DNA of 64,000 nt, taken from positions 6,773,779 through 6,837,778 of the forward strand of contig MU058198.1 in the NCBI GenBank assembly GCA_013265495.1, in the 5' to 3' direction. The stretch's first letter is position 1. Every line of letters starts with the position of its first letter. The notes below the pieces were generated by a model, which was not told the DNA's origin, searched no databases, and was given only the letters and a program-made list of their open reading frames with translations. The stretch comes from Vicugna vicugna (lineage: Eukaryota). A program made the position numbers and the translations under genes. Positions 11,213 to 23,055 of this stretch are shown here, one piece after another.

Positions 11213-11689
11213 GTCCTGCTTGTACTTTCAGCTTTGTATTCACTCAGTCTTCCCTCCTCACCACCCCTTGCTAAAATGGGGAAATGTAATTTCCCTTCCC
11301 AGAGTGGGTGGGAGTTGCGGTGGGGGTGGCGGGAAGCTGGGGCTTCAGTCAATCCCAGCTCCCGACTCCCTCTGCCCTCCCAGGTCCAGCCCTCCCTTCA
11401 CTTCCCTGCTCTTGGGTGAGCCACCCTGCTCTGCTTGCTAGTAGATCCCAGAGACTCAACCCCCCTTCTGTTTCTCTGCTTTGTCATGATCATCCCGGTG
11501 CCATCACCAGCCCACTGTCCTTCCAAAGATGGATGGCCAGGTAAGGGGATTGCCCATCAGAGGGGACTTGGGGTTTTGAGTCATCCTTACTCTCTTCTGG
11601 TTTACCCGATCGCTGAGGGAGGGAGTGCCAGGGAAGTTGGGGTTTCGTGGGTAGCTGGAAGAGGGCTTTATGTGAGGTGGTGGGGGTCT

Positions 11690-11985
11690 CAGTCTGGGCA
11701 GAGTCAGGGTTCAGTCTATGGCCGCGGTCAGGGCTGAGTGAGAACGGATTCACTCAGGGTCAAGTTTAGTCTTCCGCCAGAGTCAAATCTAGGATTAGAG
11801 CTCAGTCCAGATGTGGCACAGACCTCAGTCTGTGGCCAAGGTTCTGACTGAGCCTGTGACTCAGGTCAGGGCTCAGGCTTGGGCTGGGATAAGAGCTCAG
11901 TTGATGGCCAAGGTCAGGGCTCAGCCTGTGACCAGGTTGGGGTTCTGTGAGGTCAGAGTCAGAGTTTAGCCAGGTTCCAGAATAG
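11690..11985. repeat. Degenerate (GGTCAG/GGCTCAG)n tandem-like tract upstream of IL27
   Basis: Repeated ggtcagggctcag and tcagtctgtg units. Confidence 0.55.
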
Positions 11986-13019
11986 TCCTGGTGTTTCTGC
12001 TCTGTAGACGGCTATCAGGGCCGGTTACAGATCTCCCTTCCAGCACAACCCCGCCCCCAGCCCCACCCTGGATTTCCCATCTTCAGGGAGAAGATGGGGG
12101 TTTCTTGGTCTTCCCCCAAGCCCACTGCTGCCACTTTCCTTTTAGGACCCGTGGGGTTTCCCTGCTGGGTCCCTGCTATGAGACAGAAACCAAGGGGCTT
12201 CCCCTTCCTATACCCTGCCTCCTCAGCCGTGCCTGGGTATGGCCATCAAGGACCAACAGCCAGGGAAGTACCAGCAGCAGCCGGGGAGCAATCTCAGAGG
12301 GCTGCTGGAGGAGAAGGAAAAGGAAGATATGCTGGCTACTGTCTAGCCTGGGTCAGATTCCTTTGCAGTGCCCCCGGGTGGTAGTAGTCCATTTCCCCAC
12401 CTCCTATACAACTGGAGCTCCCCACTGTGAGGTCTTATCCATCCTGACACTGACAGTGAGGCCAGACAGAGGCCCTCGCTGTTTTTTCTCACATCCTTAA
12501 GTCCTGCCATTATCCTGGACGTGTGGCCACCCCACTCACCACCCACCCCCGACCACAGCCACTCCTGCCTCTTTGTCATCATCCAGAACTGCTGTACCTT
12601 TCAAACCTTGAACCTCATCTCACACTCTCTAACCACAACCTCCTGGCCCTCCCAACCTTCTCAGGGCTCCCTGAGACCTCCCGGCCCTTGCTGTTTCTCT
12701 GCCCATCTCAGTGTGTCTGCAGCTGACTCCTCCAGCCTCACCCCTCACTCCCGCCCTCTTCCTGCTCCAGCAACTAAAGCTTCATGAACCACCTTATGCT
12801 TTCTTTGCACAAACTGATCTCTTTGCCTAGAAAACCTTCACTGCCTTCTCCAGAGTTCCCACACCTCAACCTTCTCTGTACCAATATCCTTTGGCACAGG
12901 CTTTCTTTCCTGAATGGCTCCCCTTTTCCTGCCATAAATCTTGTCTCCAGTGGACGTTTCACATTTCTCTATCTTGCCCACTCTATCCTTGCGCATACCT
13001 CTCTAGCCATACTGGCCTC

Positions 13020-13445
13020 CTTGTTGCTCCTAGAACATGCTAGGCATGCTCCCGCCCCAGGGCCTTTGCGCTTGCTGTTTCTTCTGCCTAGAACACTCTT
13101 CTTCCAGATATCTGCACAGCTCACTCTCTCCTTACTTCTCTGCTCAAATGTCACATTCACAAGTGGGATCTTCACTGACCACCCTAAAAAAATGCAACCC
13201 TGCCCTTGGCACTCTCTATTCCTTTCCCTACATTATTTTTCTATGTTTTTAGATTTTGAACATTTTCGATTTTAGATATCTAACATTTTTAGATCTCGAA
13301 CTTAGATCTCAAACATTTTCTCACTTATTTTTTTGTCTGCCTTCATGCTCTAGAATACGGGTTCCATGAGGATGGGAATTTTGGCCTGTTCTGTGCATGG
13401 ATATACCCCCAGTAGCTAACAATAGCAGGCTGTCAATAAATCATC
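13020..13445 (-). mobile_element. L2 LINE fragment
   Basis: Typical L2 3' text (cagggcctttgc..ttgctgtt...ctgcctagaacactctt; tagaata..ttccatgagg). Confidence 0.65.
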
Positions 13446-15334
13446 TGTCTTCTGCCACAAGTGCCTAATCCAGGTTCTGCTCATGACTGGTGAGCAGTAA
13501 GTTGCCCAGTTGGAGGAACAGGTCTGGGACCAGCCTGAGCCCTACGGTCTCACGGCCAGCCTTCTCCCACTATGGCTAAGGCTCCAACCCAGGTGCCAAG
13601 GGCTGTAAGGAGGCATCTGGGCTGCTGGACATGGCCCTGGGCTGATGATATTAGCAGATCCCTGGCAAAAAGCCAGAGGGCAGGTGAAGGAAGCACCAGC
13701 TTCTGTCTATATCCTTGGAGGATGGGCCTGGGCTGGCCTCTGCCCACCTGGGCCTCGGTTTCCACAAGTACATCTTATCTGGTGGTCTGAGGCTTGGGCT
13801 GGGGCCAGTAGGAAATGGAAGGGATGTGGTGAGGAGTGAGAAATGCTGGAAAGGAAGACAGGAACCATGGGCCATAGACTCCAGTGTGCACCTTCTGGTG
13901 ACCTCAGGTGAGTCAGTAGCCTGCTCTGGACCTCAGTTTCCTCATTGAAAAGTGGTAACAATTTTCAAATCCTGCCTTTATTTTTACATATAGAAATGAA
14001 AACCTAGATGACTATATATAGAGCGAAAGGAACCAACCACCAATATTCTGAATCTTTTCCAAGCCCCATTATAGCTCTGACCCTGTGGGGCACTCCATGG
14101 GGTTGCATGGGAATCCTGAGTTCAGGAAGCAGAAGTTAGAAGCTTCAGATGTGACATCAGGATGGAGTCAGGGAGGGGAAGTCTTGTTCAAGGTCACAGA
14201 GCAGATTAGTGACAGAATGAAGACTGGAACTCGAGTCCCTCGTTTTCAGCTCGGGCCAGTGAGGGGAATCCCTGGGCCCTATGATGTCAGCTTCAAAGCC
14301 TGGAACTAACCCCTCGGTGAAACCAAGATGGGCATCAGTGAAGGCGGGAAGGCTGGGGGGTGGGGGTGAAGCCAGGCTGGAGCCAGGGCCACACCTCTGA
14401 GTCTCCCAAGCATAAGTGTTGAGATGCTGAGACTAGGTACAGCGCCCACCTGCTCCCAGGAGAGTAGAGGGGGATGAGGCTCAGAATTCCAGCCCTGGTG
14501 ACTGGACCTCCCTCCCATTGTATGCACGCGCCCCATCCCGCACCACACCAGGGGCCTACCAGGATTTATTCTGCAGTATGCACTCATGGCAGCTGCAAGG
14601 TGGCTTGGGTGTCCCACCCCCTCCACTCACTTTGCGGGGCCGCCCTTAAATGTGGTGTCTCTATGGGACTTCTGACCCTGGGGGGGCTGGAGGAGCCTGG
14701 CAAGGGGAAAAGGGCTTCTCTCCTTCAGTCCCACCTCTTTTTCCCTGTATGTGGGGCACTCTCAAGGCCACAGTGGGCATCTGGGAGGGCTGAGAGAAAG
14801 GGGGTTGGGGGGGACCTTCCCATTGACAAGATGTTCATCGCTGGGTGTTCTATGTAAATGACGCACAAATGCAGGAGCAGGAAGACTAAGCTATGAAGGG
14901 TGTGAGGAGAAGGTGGGAAGGCAGGTCTGCTGAGTGCCAGGAAGGAAGAGCTCGAAGTCCAGGAGGCAGGGCTGCAGAGAAAAAACACCAGCCTAGGGGT
15001 GAAAAGTCCCGGTGCAAGTCCCGGCTCTGCTCTGCCCAAACACACAGAGCTTCAGTTTCCCCATCTGTAAAATGAGGCCCACAGTTCCAGCCCTGCCCAC
15101 CTCTCAACCCAGACATGAAGGTAAAATCAGGAAGATACAGGACTTCTTGGGTCAGGGCCCCCCGGAGGAGTCAAATAGGCCTCCACTCCTTTCGCAGCTG
15201 CAGCTCTTCCCAGGGAGACCTTGATAAAGGCATGAAACCTCCCTGTGCTTGGCTCGTCTATTGGGTGGAGATGCTACTCAAATCAGCCAGATAGGACTGA
15301 TGTGGCAATTACGCACATAAATGGTTGGCACTGC

Positions 15335-15500
15335 CACTGAGTAGCTGTGTGATCTTAGGCAAGTTATCTAACCTCTCTGTGCCTAAGTTCATCATCTGTA
15401 ACATGAGGAAAATAATCCAAACTCATAAGACTGTTTAGAGGATTCAATGAGATCTTGTTTGTAAAGTGCTTAGAACAGGCCCTGGCATGTGGGAAGACTG
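15335..15500 (+). mobile_element. MIR SINE (one of many; others near 9270, 9650, 18760, 24850, 31930, 33900, 43590)
   Basis: Core tgtgatcttaggcaagtt..aacctctctgtgcct...catctgtaa. Confidence 0.75.
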
Positions 15501-17329
15501 TAGGTTTTAGTTAGTGGTAGTAGTATGAGGCCTGACCCACAGGATGCTCTCAAGAAATGTTAGTTGTCATTAGCAAATTCACAGGATGGCTGTCATCAAT
15601 GGGCAAAGAAAGGTCAAAGGAGCACAGGAGCAAGAGGGTAAGAAAGGAACAGAAGAGGCTGCAGTTAAAGCTTAGGAAGCTCAGATAGGTAGGGGATACA
15701 GGTGGGGGGACCTCAGGCAGAAGTCACCTCATAACCCAGAGACATGTGTCAGAACAGACTTTGGGCCAGAAGTAGAAATCTCAGGCAGCCAGCCAATGGG
15801 GCTCTGGGTCACAGTGTGGACAGCCTCAGATCTGAGGACCAATGGTTTGTGACTCACTTCCCAGGCCAGATGAGGCTTCATCAAGTGTCCCTATGAAAAG
15901 GACTTGGAACAGAGACAGACACTGGACTGAGCTCCAGAACAGGCATCTTAGAGAGGCAGGCAGGCCCCGGGCTGACACCAGGTCCTCCCGCAGCCCTGAG
16001 CTCCGAGGCTGACGCCAGGCTCCACAGCAGTCCCAGGCCCTCACTGGGCAGCACCCAGCGGGTCTCAACCACCTCTGACCACCACATCCCTTGCTTGTCC
16101 TGCACGTTGCTTGTGGAGCCCCCAGGTGAGTGGCCAGTTGACTCCTCAAGAATGGGACACCCTCACTGCTTATACTTTTTAAATTTTTGATTTGATTGAT
16201 TGATTGATTGGTTTTTAAAGTTTTTTTAATTTTAAAAATTTTCTTATTTTTTTACTGGTTATATTTTTACATACCACCTGATTTATGCCAAAGAATATAT
16301 ACAACATATATGTTTCTGCTCACCCAATTTTTTTCCTTCTACCTGAGTTTTGGTCTTGGGTGCCAACAGACTATCTGCACGATTGATTCACTGATTCCCA
16401 TGGCTCCTCGTTTCACACTGAGTGAAAGAAAAAACTCTTCCAATGGCTTACAAGGACCTCACGATCTCTCCCATTGACCTGTTCTATTCTCTCTGTGGTC
16501 TCCTTGCTGCCCCACAAACACACAAGACACACACTTACCTCGGGGCCTTTGCACCTGCTCTTCCCCCTGCCTAGAATATATTTCCCTCAGCTCTTCAAAT
16601 AACTGGCTCCTTGTCCCTCCTTCAGGGCTCAACTTCTCATAAATACCTTCTTCCCTCTGTGGCTCTGAAGATTGTCTGATCCCATGCCTACCTACACCAG
16701 GACTCTGTTAAAAATCTAAGATCTAGATGTTAGTCTCACCATATTTCAATTTTTCTACACCTCCCAGGCCCTTCCAGACCTTGAGCTTCCACCTGGCATC
16801 TAGGTCAGGCATCTAGGCATCTAGGTCCTGTTGGAAATGTTAATCAGAAGAACTTCCATTCTTTCCACCTTTCCACACTGAGGCAGAATTAGGGGTTGAA
16901 TGCTGAGGTGTGGGAACGCTGCTCCTTGTCCACAGAGGCTGTCGCCGAGCTGAGCAGATGGAACAGACATGAAGTCAGAGAGAACAAGACAAAACAGAAT
17001 CCTTTGTAATTTCCTGGGAGACCCTGGCAACTTGTTTTTTTGCCTTTATTTCTTTACCTGGGGAGTGAGCATAGCAATACTTTTCTCTCAGAGAAGGAGA
17101 GCACACGAACGTGTGCTCTTGGGCTCTCAAAACCAGAAGGTGCTATTAATACTGAGAGCTTCTGAAGCAAAGACTGTCAACTGGTCAAGTGGTGAGAGGA
17201 TGAAGAGAGAAGAGCACCACTTGGGATGCAGTTGATACCAGTCATTTCCACCTGCCCACTGCTCTTTTATTTTAAAAATTAATTAATTAATTTTCATTCT
17301 TTCTTTTAAAATTAAAACATATAATAAAG

Positions 17330-17768
17330 CATCAGGATTTTCCTTTGGAGAATTATCCATTCTTTGTCTCTGAGGTCAACAACCCTTATGGTGGGCACAT
17401 GCCACCATGGCCCAGCCAGTCAGGGTGCCCCATACCCCTCACTACAGTGTAGGGTTTAGGGATGCATACATGACACACAGAGTCAGTGCCTCCCTGGACT
17501 TGCTGTCAGGAAAGAGGCTTTTTCTCTGCAGGGCTGACTAGACTGGGAGTCTGTGAACCTGAATCTGCTGGGGGCTGCCATGAGGAAAGACTCTGCCTCA
17601 GACTGGAGCTGAGAGCTGGAGAGGGAGCCAACAATCTTGATGATGACTTACTTTGAGCTCCTGGATCTAGCTATTCCTGAAGCAGTTAATTCTGAAATGT
17701 TTGGTTTCATGAGCCAATCCTCTTTTTTAGCTTAAGCTATGTGAGTTGTATTTCTATTACTTGTAACA
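17330..17768 (+). mobile_element. MaLR LTR (MLT1-like)
   Basis: tttgagctcctggatctagctattcctgaagc...cttaagcta..tgagttg.atttct.ttacttgtaac 3' signature; subfamily not determined. Confidence 0.65.
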
Positions 17769-18140
17769 TATCCCCTCTTCTGCCTGGATTGACCTCCACC
17801 ATTGATTTCCAATGTCAAAAAACCACAGACTAGATTTTTAAAATCATGATAAAGTCAAATAGTATCATATTGTGCCAGATGCCAGTAGAGAGGCACATCA
17901 GGAAGAAAGAACAGTGTGAAAACAGAGTAGCTGCTTGGTCAATATTTACTGAGCTGTAACTCAGTATGTCCTAGGCATCATTCTACAGCAGTATCTCCAA
18001 TGAAGCCAACAGGAAGTTCTGGCTTCATGCAGCTTATGCTAAATGGAATAAAATTGAAGTTGAAATTTAATCAAATGTAAAATGCTAAATCTATATAAAT
18101 ACTGAATCACTATGCTGTACACCTGAAACTAATATAGTAA

Positions 18141-18657
18141 TTTTTTTTCTTTTTTGTGCCTCAATAATTATGTGCTTAATTTGAACACAACAATTTTGTA
18201 TTTTTCTCATGTTTCTTCTTGATAGATGATAAGCTGTTTGAGGGAAGGAATAATTTAATTTCCTTTTGCTTCAGTCCTCTGCTGTATCATTCAAATGAAT
18301 GGTTTGAATAACATTTAAAATTTTTATAGCATATATAGTAATTTTTATTGTAGTATAGTCAGTTTACACTGTTGTGTCGATTTCTGGTGTACAGCAGAAT
18401 AGTTCTATCATACATATACATACATATATTTGTTTTCATATTCTTTCTCATTACAGGTTACTACAAGATATTGAATATAGTTCCCTGGGCTATACAGTAG
18501 AAACTTATTGTTTATCTATTTTATATATAGTAGTGTGTATCTGCAAATCTTAAACTCCCAATTTATCCCTTCCCACCCTCTTCCCCACTGGTAACTATAA
18601 GTTTTTTCTCTATGTCTATGAGTATTTCTGTTTTGTAAATAAGTTCATTTGTCTTTT
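18141..18657 (-). mobile_element. 5'-truncated L1 (18341-18657) with probable 3' transduction (18141-18340), nested in an older L1 tail
   Basis: L1 3'UTR text on minus strand; near-identical 17-nt flanks tgaaactaatatagtaa 18124-18140 and tgaaactagtattgtaa 18658-18674. Confidence 0.6.
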
Positions 18658-19387
18658 TGAAACTAGTATTGTAAATAAGCTAAAAAAAAAAAAAAAGCTT
18701 AAGCATCAAAAAACAACAAAAAAAAAGCCTGTAGGTACCAGGTACTTTTCAACTATTGGCTCATTTAATCCTCACAATAACCCTATGTTGTAGGTATTAT
18801 TATTAGTGTTCATTTTGTGTGGAAGAGGAAACTGAGGCCCAGAGAGGTTAAGGCTTTGTGCCCAAGGTTACAGAGCTAGTAAATGGCAGCTCTGGGATTT
18901 GAACCCAGGACATCTGGCTTTCTTGACCACTATCCTATACTGCCTGGTAGAGCAGTTGGCTTTTTCTAAGTCTTCTGTATATGCCAGACACTGTTCTAAT
19001 GGCTTTACATGCATAAAGTCACATAATTCTCAAAACAGTCCATTTCACAGATGAGGAAACTGAGGTTTAGCAACAGTAGCAGAACTGAAATTTGAACCAA
19101 GACAGTATGATTTGTAAGAACACACTCTTTTTTTTCTCAGCTTTATTGAGGTATAATTGACAAATAAAATTGTAAGTTATTTAAAGTGCACAATGATCAT
19201 CATAACAAAAAAATTTTTTTATTTCTTTAATTTTGTATCTATATGAGATGGTAGATGTTTACTAAACTTACTGTGGTCATCATATCATGATGCATGTAAG
19301 TCATATCATTATGCTGTACACCTTAAACTTATACAGTGCTATATGTCAGTTATATCTCAATAAAACTGGAAGAAAAAAATAAAATTG

Positions 19388-19552
19388 AGGGGAGGGTATA
19401 GTTCAGTGGTAGAGCGCATGCTTGCATGCATGAGGTCATGAGTTTGATCCTCAGTATCTCCATTAAATAAAATTAAAAATAGTAATAATAATAATAATAA
19501 TAAATAAATAAACCTAATTACCTCCCCCAAAACAAAACAAAATAAAAATAAT
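19388..19552 (+). mobile_element. tRNA-Ala-derived SINE nested in L1 fragments (about 19130-19710)
   Basis: ggggagggtatagttcagtggtagagcgcatgc...aaacctaattacctccccc with A-rich tail. Confidence 0.85.
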
Positions 19553-20079
19553 AAAGTACACAACATGATGATTGTGAAAGAATTCCCCCTGTCAAGTTAA
19601 TTAACACATCCATCACCTCATATACTTATCTTTTGGGGGGGGTGAGAGCGTTTAAGTTCTATTCTCTTAGCAAATTTCAATGACACAATACAGTGTAACC
19701 AGCTAGAGTCACAAGAGTCTACACTTGAAACCCCTAGTGCCTACAGCCTCTAATGAATGAACGAAGGAATGAGGAGGGGTCAGAAAATAGAAACCAGGCC
19801 CAGAAATGAAGGACAGCAAGAGGCCCAGCCCTGAGGTCCCACATCCAGTTGGTGCTGGGTTTCAATCTTAATAAAGAGATGATCCCTGCTGCGTTCACTG
19901 ACAGTGTGATGAGCCCTGCTTGCCCCGCCCCCACCCTACAGTCCGACAGCTGGACCTTTCCGTGTTCCCCAGCACCAGGGATCTTGCCAGGGAGACAATG
20001 ATGAGCAGCACAGTTCAGAAGAATATAGGGAACAGAGACAGAATGAGAGGGTGGAGGAGAGGAGAGGACACGGGCAGAT

Positions 20080-20307
20080 CATCGTTTGCAAGTATTTTCT
20101 CCCAGTCGGTAGGTTGTCTTTTTGTTTTGTTGATGGTTTCCTTTGCTGTGCAGAAGCTTGTCAGTTTAATGAGGTCCCATTTGTTTATTTTTGCTTTTAT
20201 TTCTATTGCCCTGGTAGACTGACCTAGGAAACCATTGTATGATGTCAGAGAATGTTTTGCCTATGTTCTCTTCTAGGAGGTTTATGGTGTCCAATCTTAC
20301 GTTTATA
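20080..20307 (-). mobile_element. Internal L1 ORF2 fragment without poly(A), flanked by 15-bp direct repeats
   Basis: tttgcaagtattttctcccag...gtttcctttgctgtgcagaagctt...aggtcccatttgtttatttttgc is L1 ORF2 antisense; flanks agga(c/g)acgggcagat at 20065-20079 and 20308-20322. Confidence 0.8.
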
Positions 20308-21967
20308 AGGAGACGGGCAGATTAGCGTGTGGAGCCGAGAAATTCTCCCAGCCCCCAGGGCTCTACACATCCCTCCACCAGTAATCTCATGGCCATTCCT
20401 CCCAATTCTGGAATTGCTCACCTGTCCAGGGGTAGGAATATACATTCCAAGCTTTCTCAATCAATACCAGGAAGTCGTGAGGCGCAAAGAGGTAGATGAC
20501 AGCAGAGATCTTGCAGCTAGTGAGGGAGCTGGGGTAGAGGTCAGAGGTAAGAGCTATGTCAGGCTCCCCCTCCCCTTTCTCCACCTCCCTGACCCCCATC
20601 CTGGCTCACATTCACCTCTGCAGGTGCAGACTGGTCCCCTCACCAGGACTCCTCTAGCAGAGCTGCTTGGTCAAGACTTCAATGCCGTCATCACTTTCCT
20701 TGCTGGTCTGAGCCACAGAATGCAACTGTCCACCTGGTTTGGGAGGAGGAGGAGAGTGGGGCAGGCCCAGGCCACTCAGACAGAAGCAGCAACGTTACGT
20801 GGACACCCCCATCCCCAACATATACAGACACACTTTGTTCTCATTCTGAGGGGAAGCAGACATCAGCACAGACATCCCTAAAATGGTCCGGACTGCGGCA
20901 AGAGATGCAGAGGGCCTGGGGCTCCTTGTGAGGAGAGGGAGATTCCTATGAGGCATCTGAGGAAGCTTCCTGCACAAGAGAGCCTCTGACCCAGGCCAGC
21001 TCCAGCTGTGCCCCAAAACAGCTGACAAATTATTTTCCTTTTGAGCCTCAGTTTGTGTATCTGCAAAATGGGGATGAGGACTGTATTTGCCTGATGAGGC
21101 TATTGGGAGGGTCAAATCTATTGGATAACTGGATAGGGGAAATGATTCCTAGCCAGTGAAAAGGCAACACTAACGTAAAGAGTTATTGTTGAGAATCAGT
21201 GGAATTCTGACAGGGAGTAATGAGAAAAGAAATGTCCTTAGGAAAAGGATGATGTAAAGCAACACTATTTCTTCTTCTGTTTTTTTTCAATATGGCAGAA
21301 TAATTCTTTGTGTGTGTGTGTGTGTTAGTTTCATATGTAGAGCAAAGTGATTCCATATATATATATATATATTCTTTAAAAGATTCTTTTCCATTATAGG
21401 TTATTATAAGATATTGAATGTTGTTCCCTGTGCTAAGCAAGACTGTTTCTGACTCATTCATTCATGAATACTTATTGTGCACCTTCTTAGTGCCAGGCAC
21501 CAGCTCTGAAGAAGAGGAACCAGAGGGCACTTACTCTAAGGTACAGGTGATTGAGGTCCTGGAATGCCACACTGAGGAATATAGACTGTTTAAAAAAAAA
21601 AAAGAACATGGACTGTGTCAAATAGGCAGTGGGGAGCCATGTTAAGAAGGATGGTGACAGAGAGGATTTCCTTCAGACAACTGAAGAGTCTCCTGGGGGA
21701 TGGCGCATCTCTTGCACGGAGTTGAGCAGCAGCCCCTGACTGGAGGGATGGTGGGGTAGGACCTAAGCAGAAGAGAGAACACTTTGGCCTCCCTGCCTGG
21801 CCCCCATGGTCCTGTCATCACCCCCCACCCTCTGCCCGTGGTCAGTCACTCAGCCTCCAGCCCTCATTTCCTCAGGTTTATTAAGTGCCGGTGGTCCCCT
21901 CCCCTAACCCTAGACAACAGAATAATAAGTAAAATATATAGTATGTTCGATGGTCCTATGTACTCTT

Positions 21968-22118
21968 TTTTGTTTGTTTGTTTGATTTTTGAGGGGGGAG
22001 GTAATTAGGGTTATTTATTTATTTATTTAAAAAGTCTTTAAATGGAGGTACCAAGGATTGAACCCAGGACCTCCTGCATGCTAAGCATGCATTCTACCAC
22101 TGAGATATACCCTCCCCC
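21968..22118 (-). mobile_element. tRNA-Ala-derived SINE with TSD
   Basis: TSD tggtcctatgtac(t/c)ctt at 21951-21967 and 22119-22135. Confidence 0.88.
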
Positions 22119-22354
22119 TGGTCCTATGTACCCTTAAGAAAATTAACAGGAATTTTAGCATGAATCACTCCCTAACTTCCTTCGGGTCTTGGCTTAAATG
22201 CCACCTTCTCAGTGATCCTTTCCTTAACAAACACTTTTTTTCTGATTGTTTATTTTTATTTGTTTATTTATTTTCTGGGGGAGGTAATTAGGTTTACTTA
22301 TTTATTTAATTTTTAAAACTTTATTTATGTATGTATTTATTTTACAATATCATA

Positions 22355-23055
22355 TTTTTAAAATTGAAGTATAGTTGATGTACAATATTATATATTACAG
22401 GTATACAGTATAGTGATTCACAATTTTTAAAGGTTATACTCCATTTATAGTTATTATAAAATATTATAGTTATTATAGTTATTATAAAATATTGGCTATA
22501 TTCCCCATATATCCTTGTACCCTATTTTATACCTGATAGTTTGTACCTCTTAATCCTCCACCTCTATCTTGCCCCTCCCCCTTTTCTCTCCCCCCGGTAA
22601 CCACTAGTTCCTTCTCTGTATCTGTGAGTCTGTTTTTCTGTTGTACTCACTAGTTTGTTGTATTTTAAAGATTCCACACGTAAGTGATACCTTACAGTAT
22701 TTGTCTTCCTCTGTCTGACTTATTTCACTTAGCATAATGCCCTCCAAGTTTATCCGTGCTGTGCACCAAAAACTAATACAACATTTTAAATCAACTGTGC
22801 TTCATTTAAAAAGCAAATAAACAAACAAACAACCCATTTAAAATATGGGCAGAAGAACTGAATAGGCATTTTTCCAGAAGAGGAAATGCAGATGGCCAAT
22901 AGGGATATGAAAAGCTGGCTCAACATCACCAATATCAGGGAAATGCAAATCAAAATCACAATGAGACACCATCTCACACCTGTCAGAATGGCCATCATCA
23001 AAAAGAACACAAATAGCAAATGTTGGCAAGGATGTGGAGAAAAGGGAACCCTTGT
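22355..23055. mobile_element. L1 fragments in both orientations
   Basis: Minus-strand L1 3'UTR about 22355-22760; plus-strand ORF2 end ([23 protein letters not shown]) about 22820-23055. Confidence 0.8.

Larger units (their letters stand above)
16793..20892 (-). pseudogene. Unprocessed (intron-containing) class I phosphatidylinositol transfer protein pseudogene, PITPNA/PITPNB-like
   Basis: Collinear exon remnants: 20892-20862 (31 nt, RTILGMSV ~ RVILPVSV); ~20740-20616 (QV/GQLHSVAQTSKE..GIEVL...HLQ ~ YQVGQLYSVAEASKNE..GVEVL...HLQS); 20513-20422 (92 nt, KISAVIYLFAPHDFLVLIEKAWNVYSYPWT ~ [30 protein letters not shown]); 19899-19825 (75 nt, SERSRDHLFIKIETQHQLDVGPQ ~ [23 protein letters not shown]); ~16902-16793 (WK/MEVLLINISNRT* ~ WKHVEAVYIDIADRSQ). 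Contains stops, frameshifts and damaged splice sites. Confidence 0.82.

Noticed and set aside
14560..14696. Spliced peptide ...GGPAN|CHECILQNKS suggesting a novel Cys-containing protein
   Set aside because: Joining the two segments needs a 38-nt intron, too short for mammalian splicing, and no homology was recognised.
17098..17119. 10-bp perfect inverted repeat agagcacacg/cgtgtgctct
   Set aside because: Too short for a pre-miRNA and plausible by chance in 64 kb.
19388..19463. tRNA-Ala genes (here and at other SINE heads)
   Set aside because: Degenerate stems, SINE-specific tails, A-rich ends and TSDs identify them as SINEs.
20327..20881. 184-aa plus-strand ORF
   Set aside because: Antisense to the PITP pseudo-exons and has no recognisable protein features.
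21845..21885. Possible exon 1 of the PITP fossil (ATG near a TATA-like ttaataaa)
   Set aside because: The peptide does not resemble MVL(L/I)KE(Y/F) and there is no intact donor.
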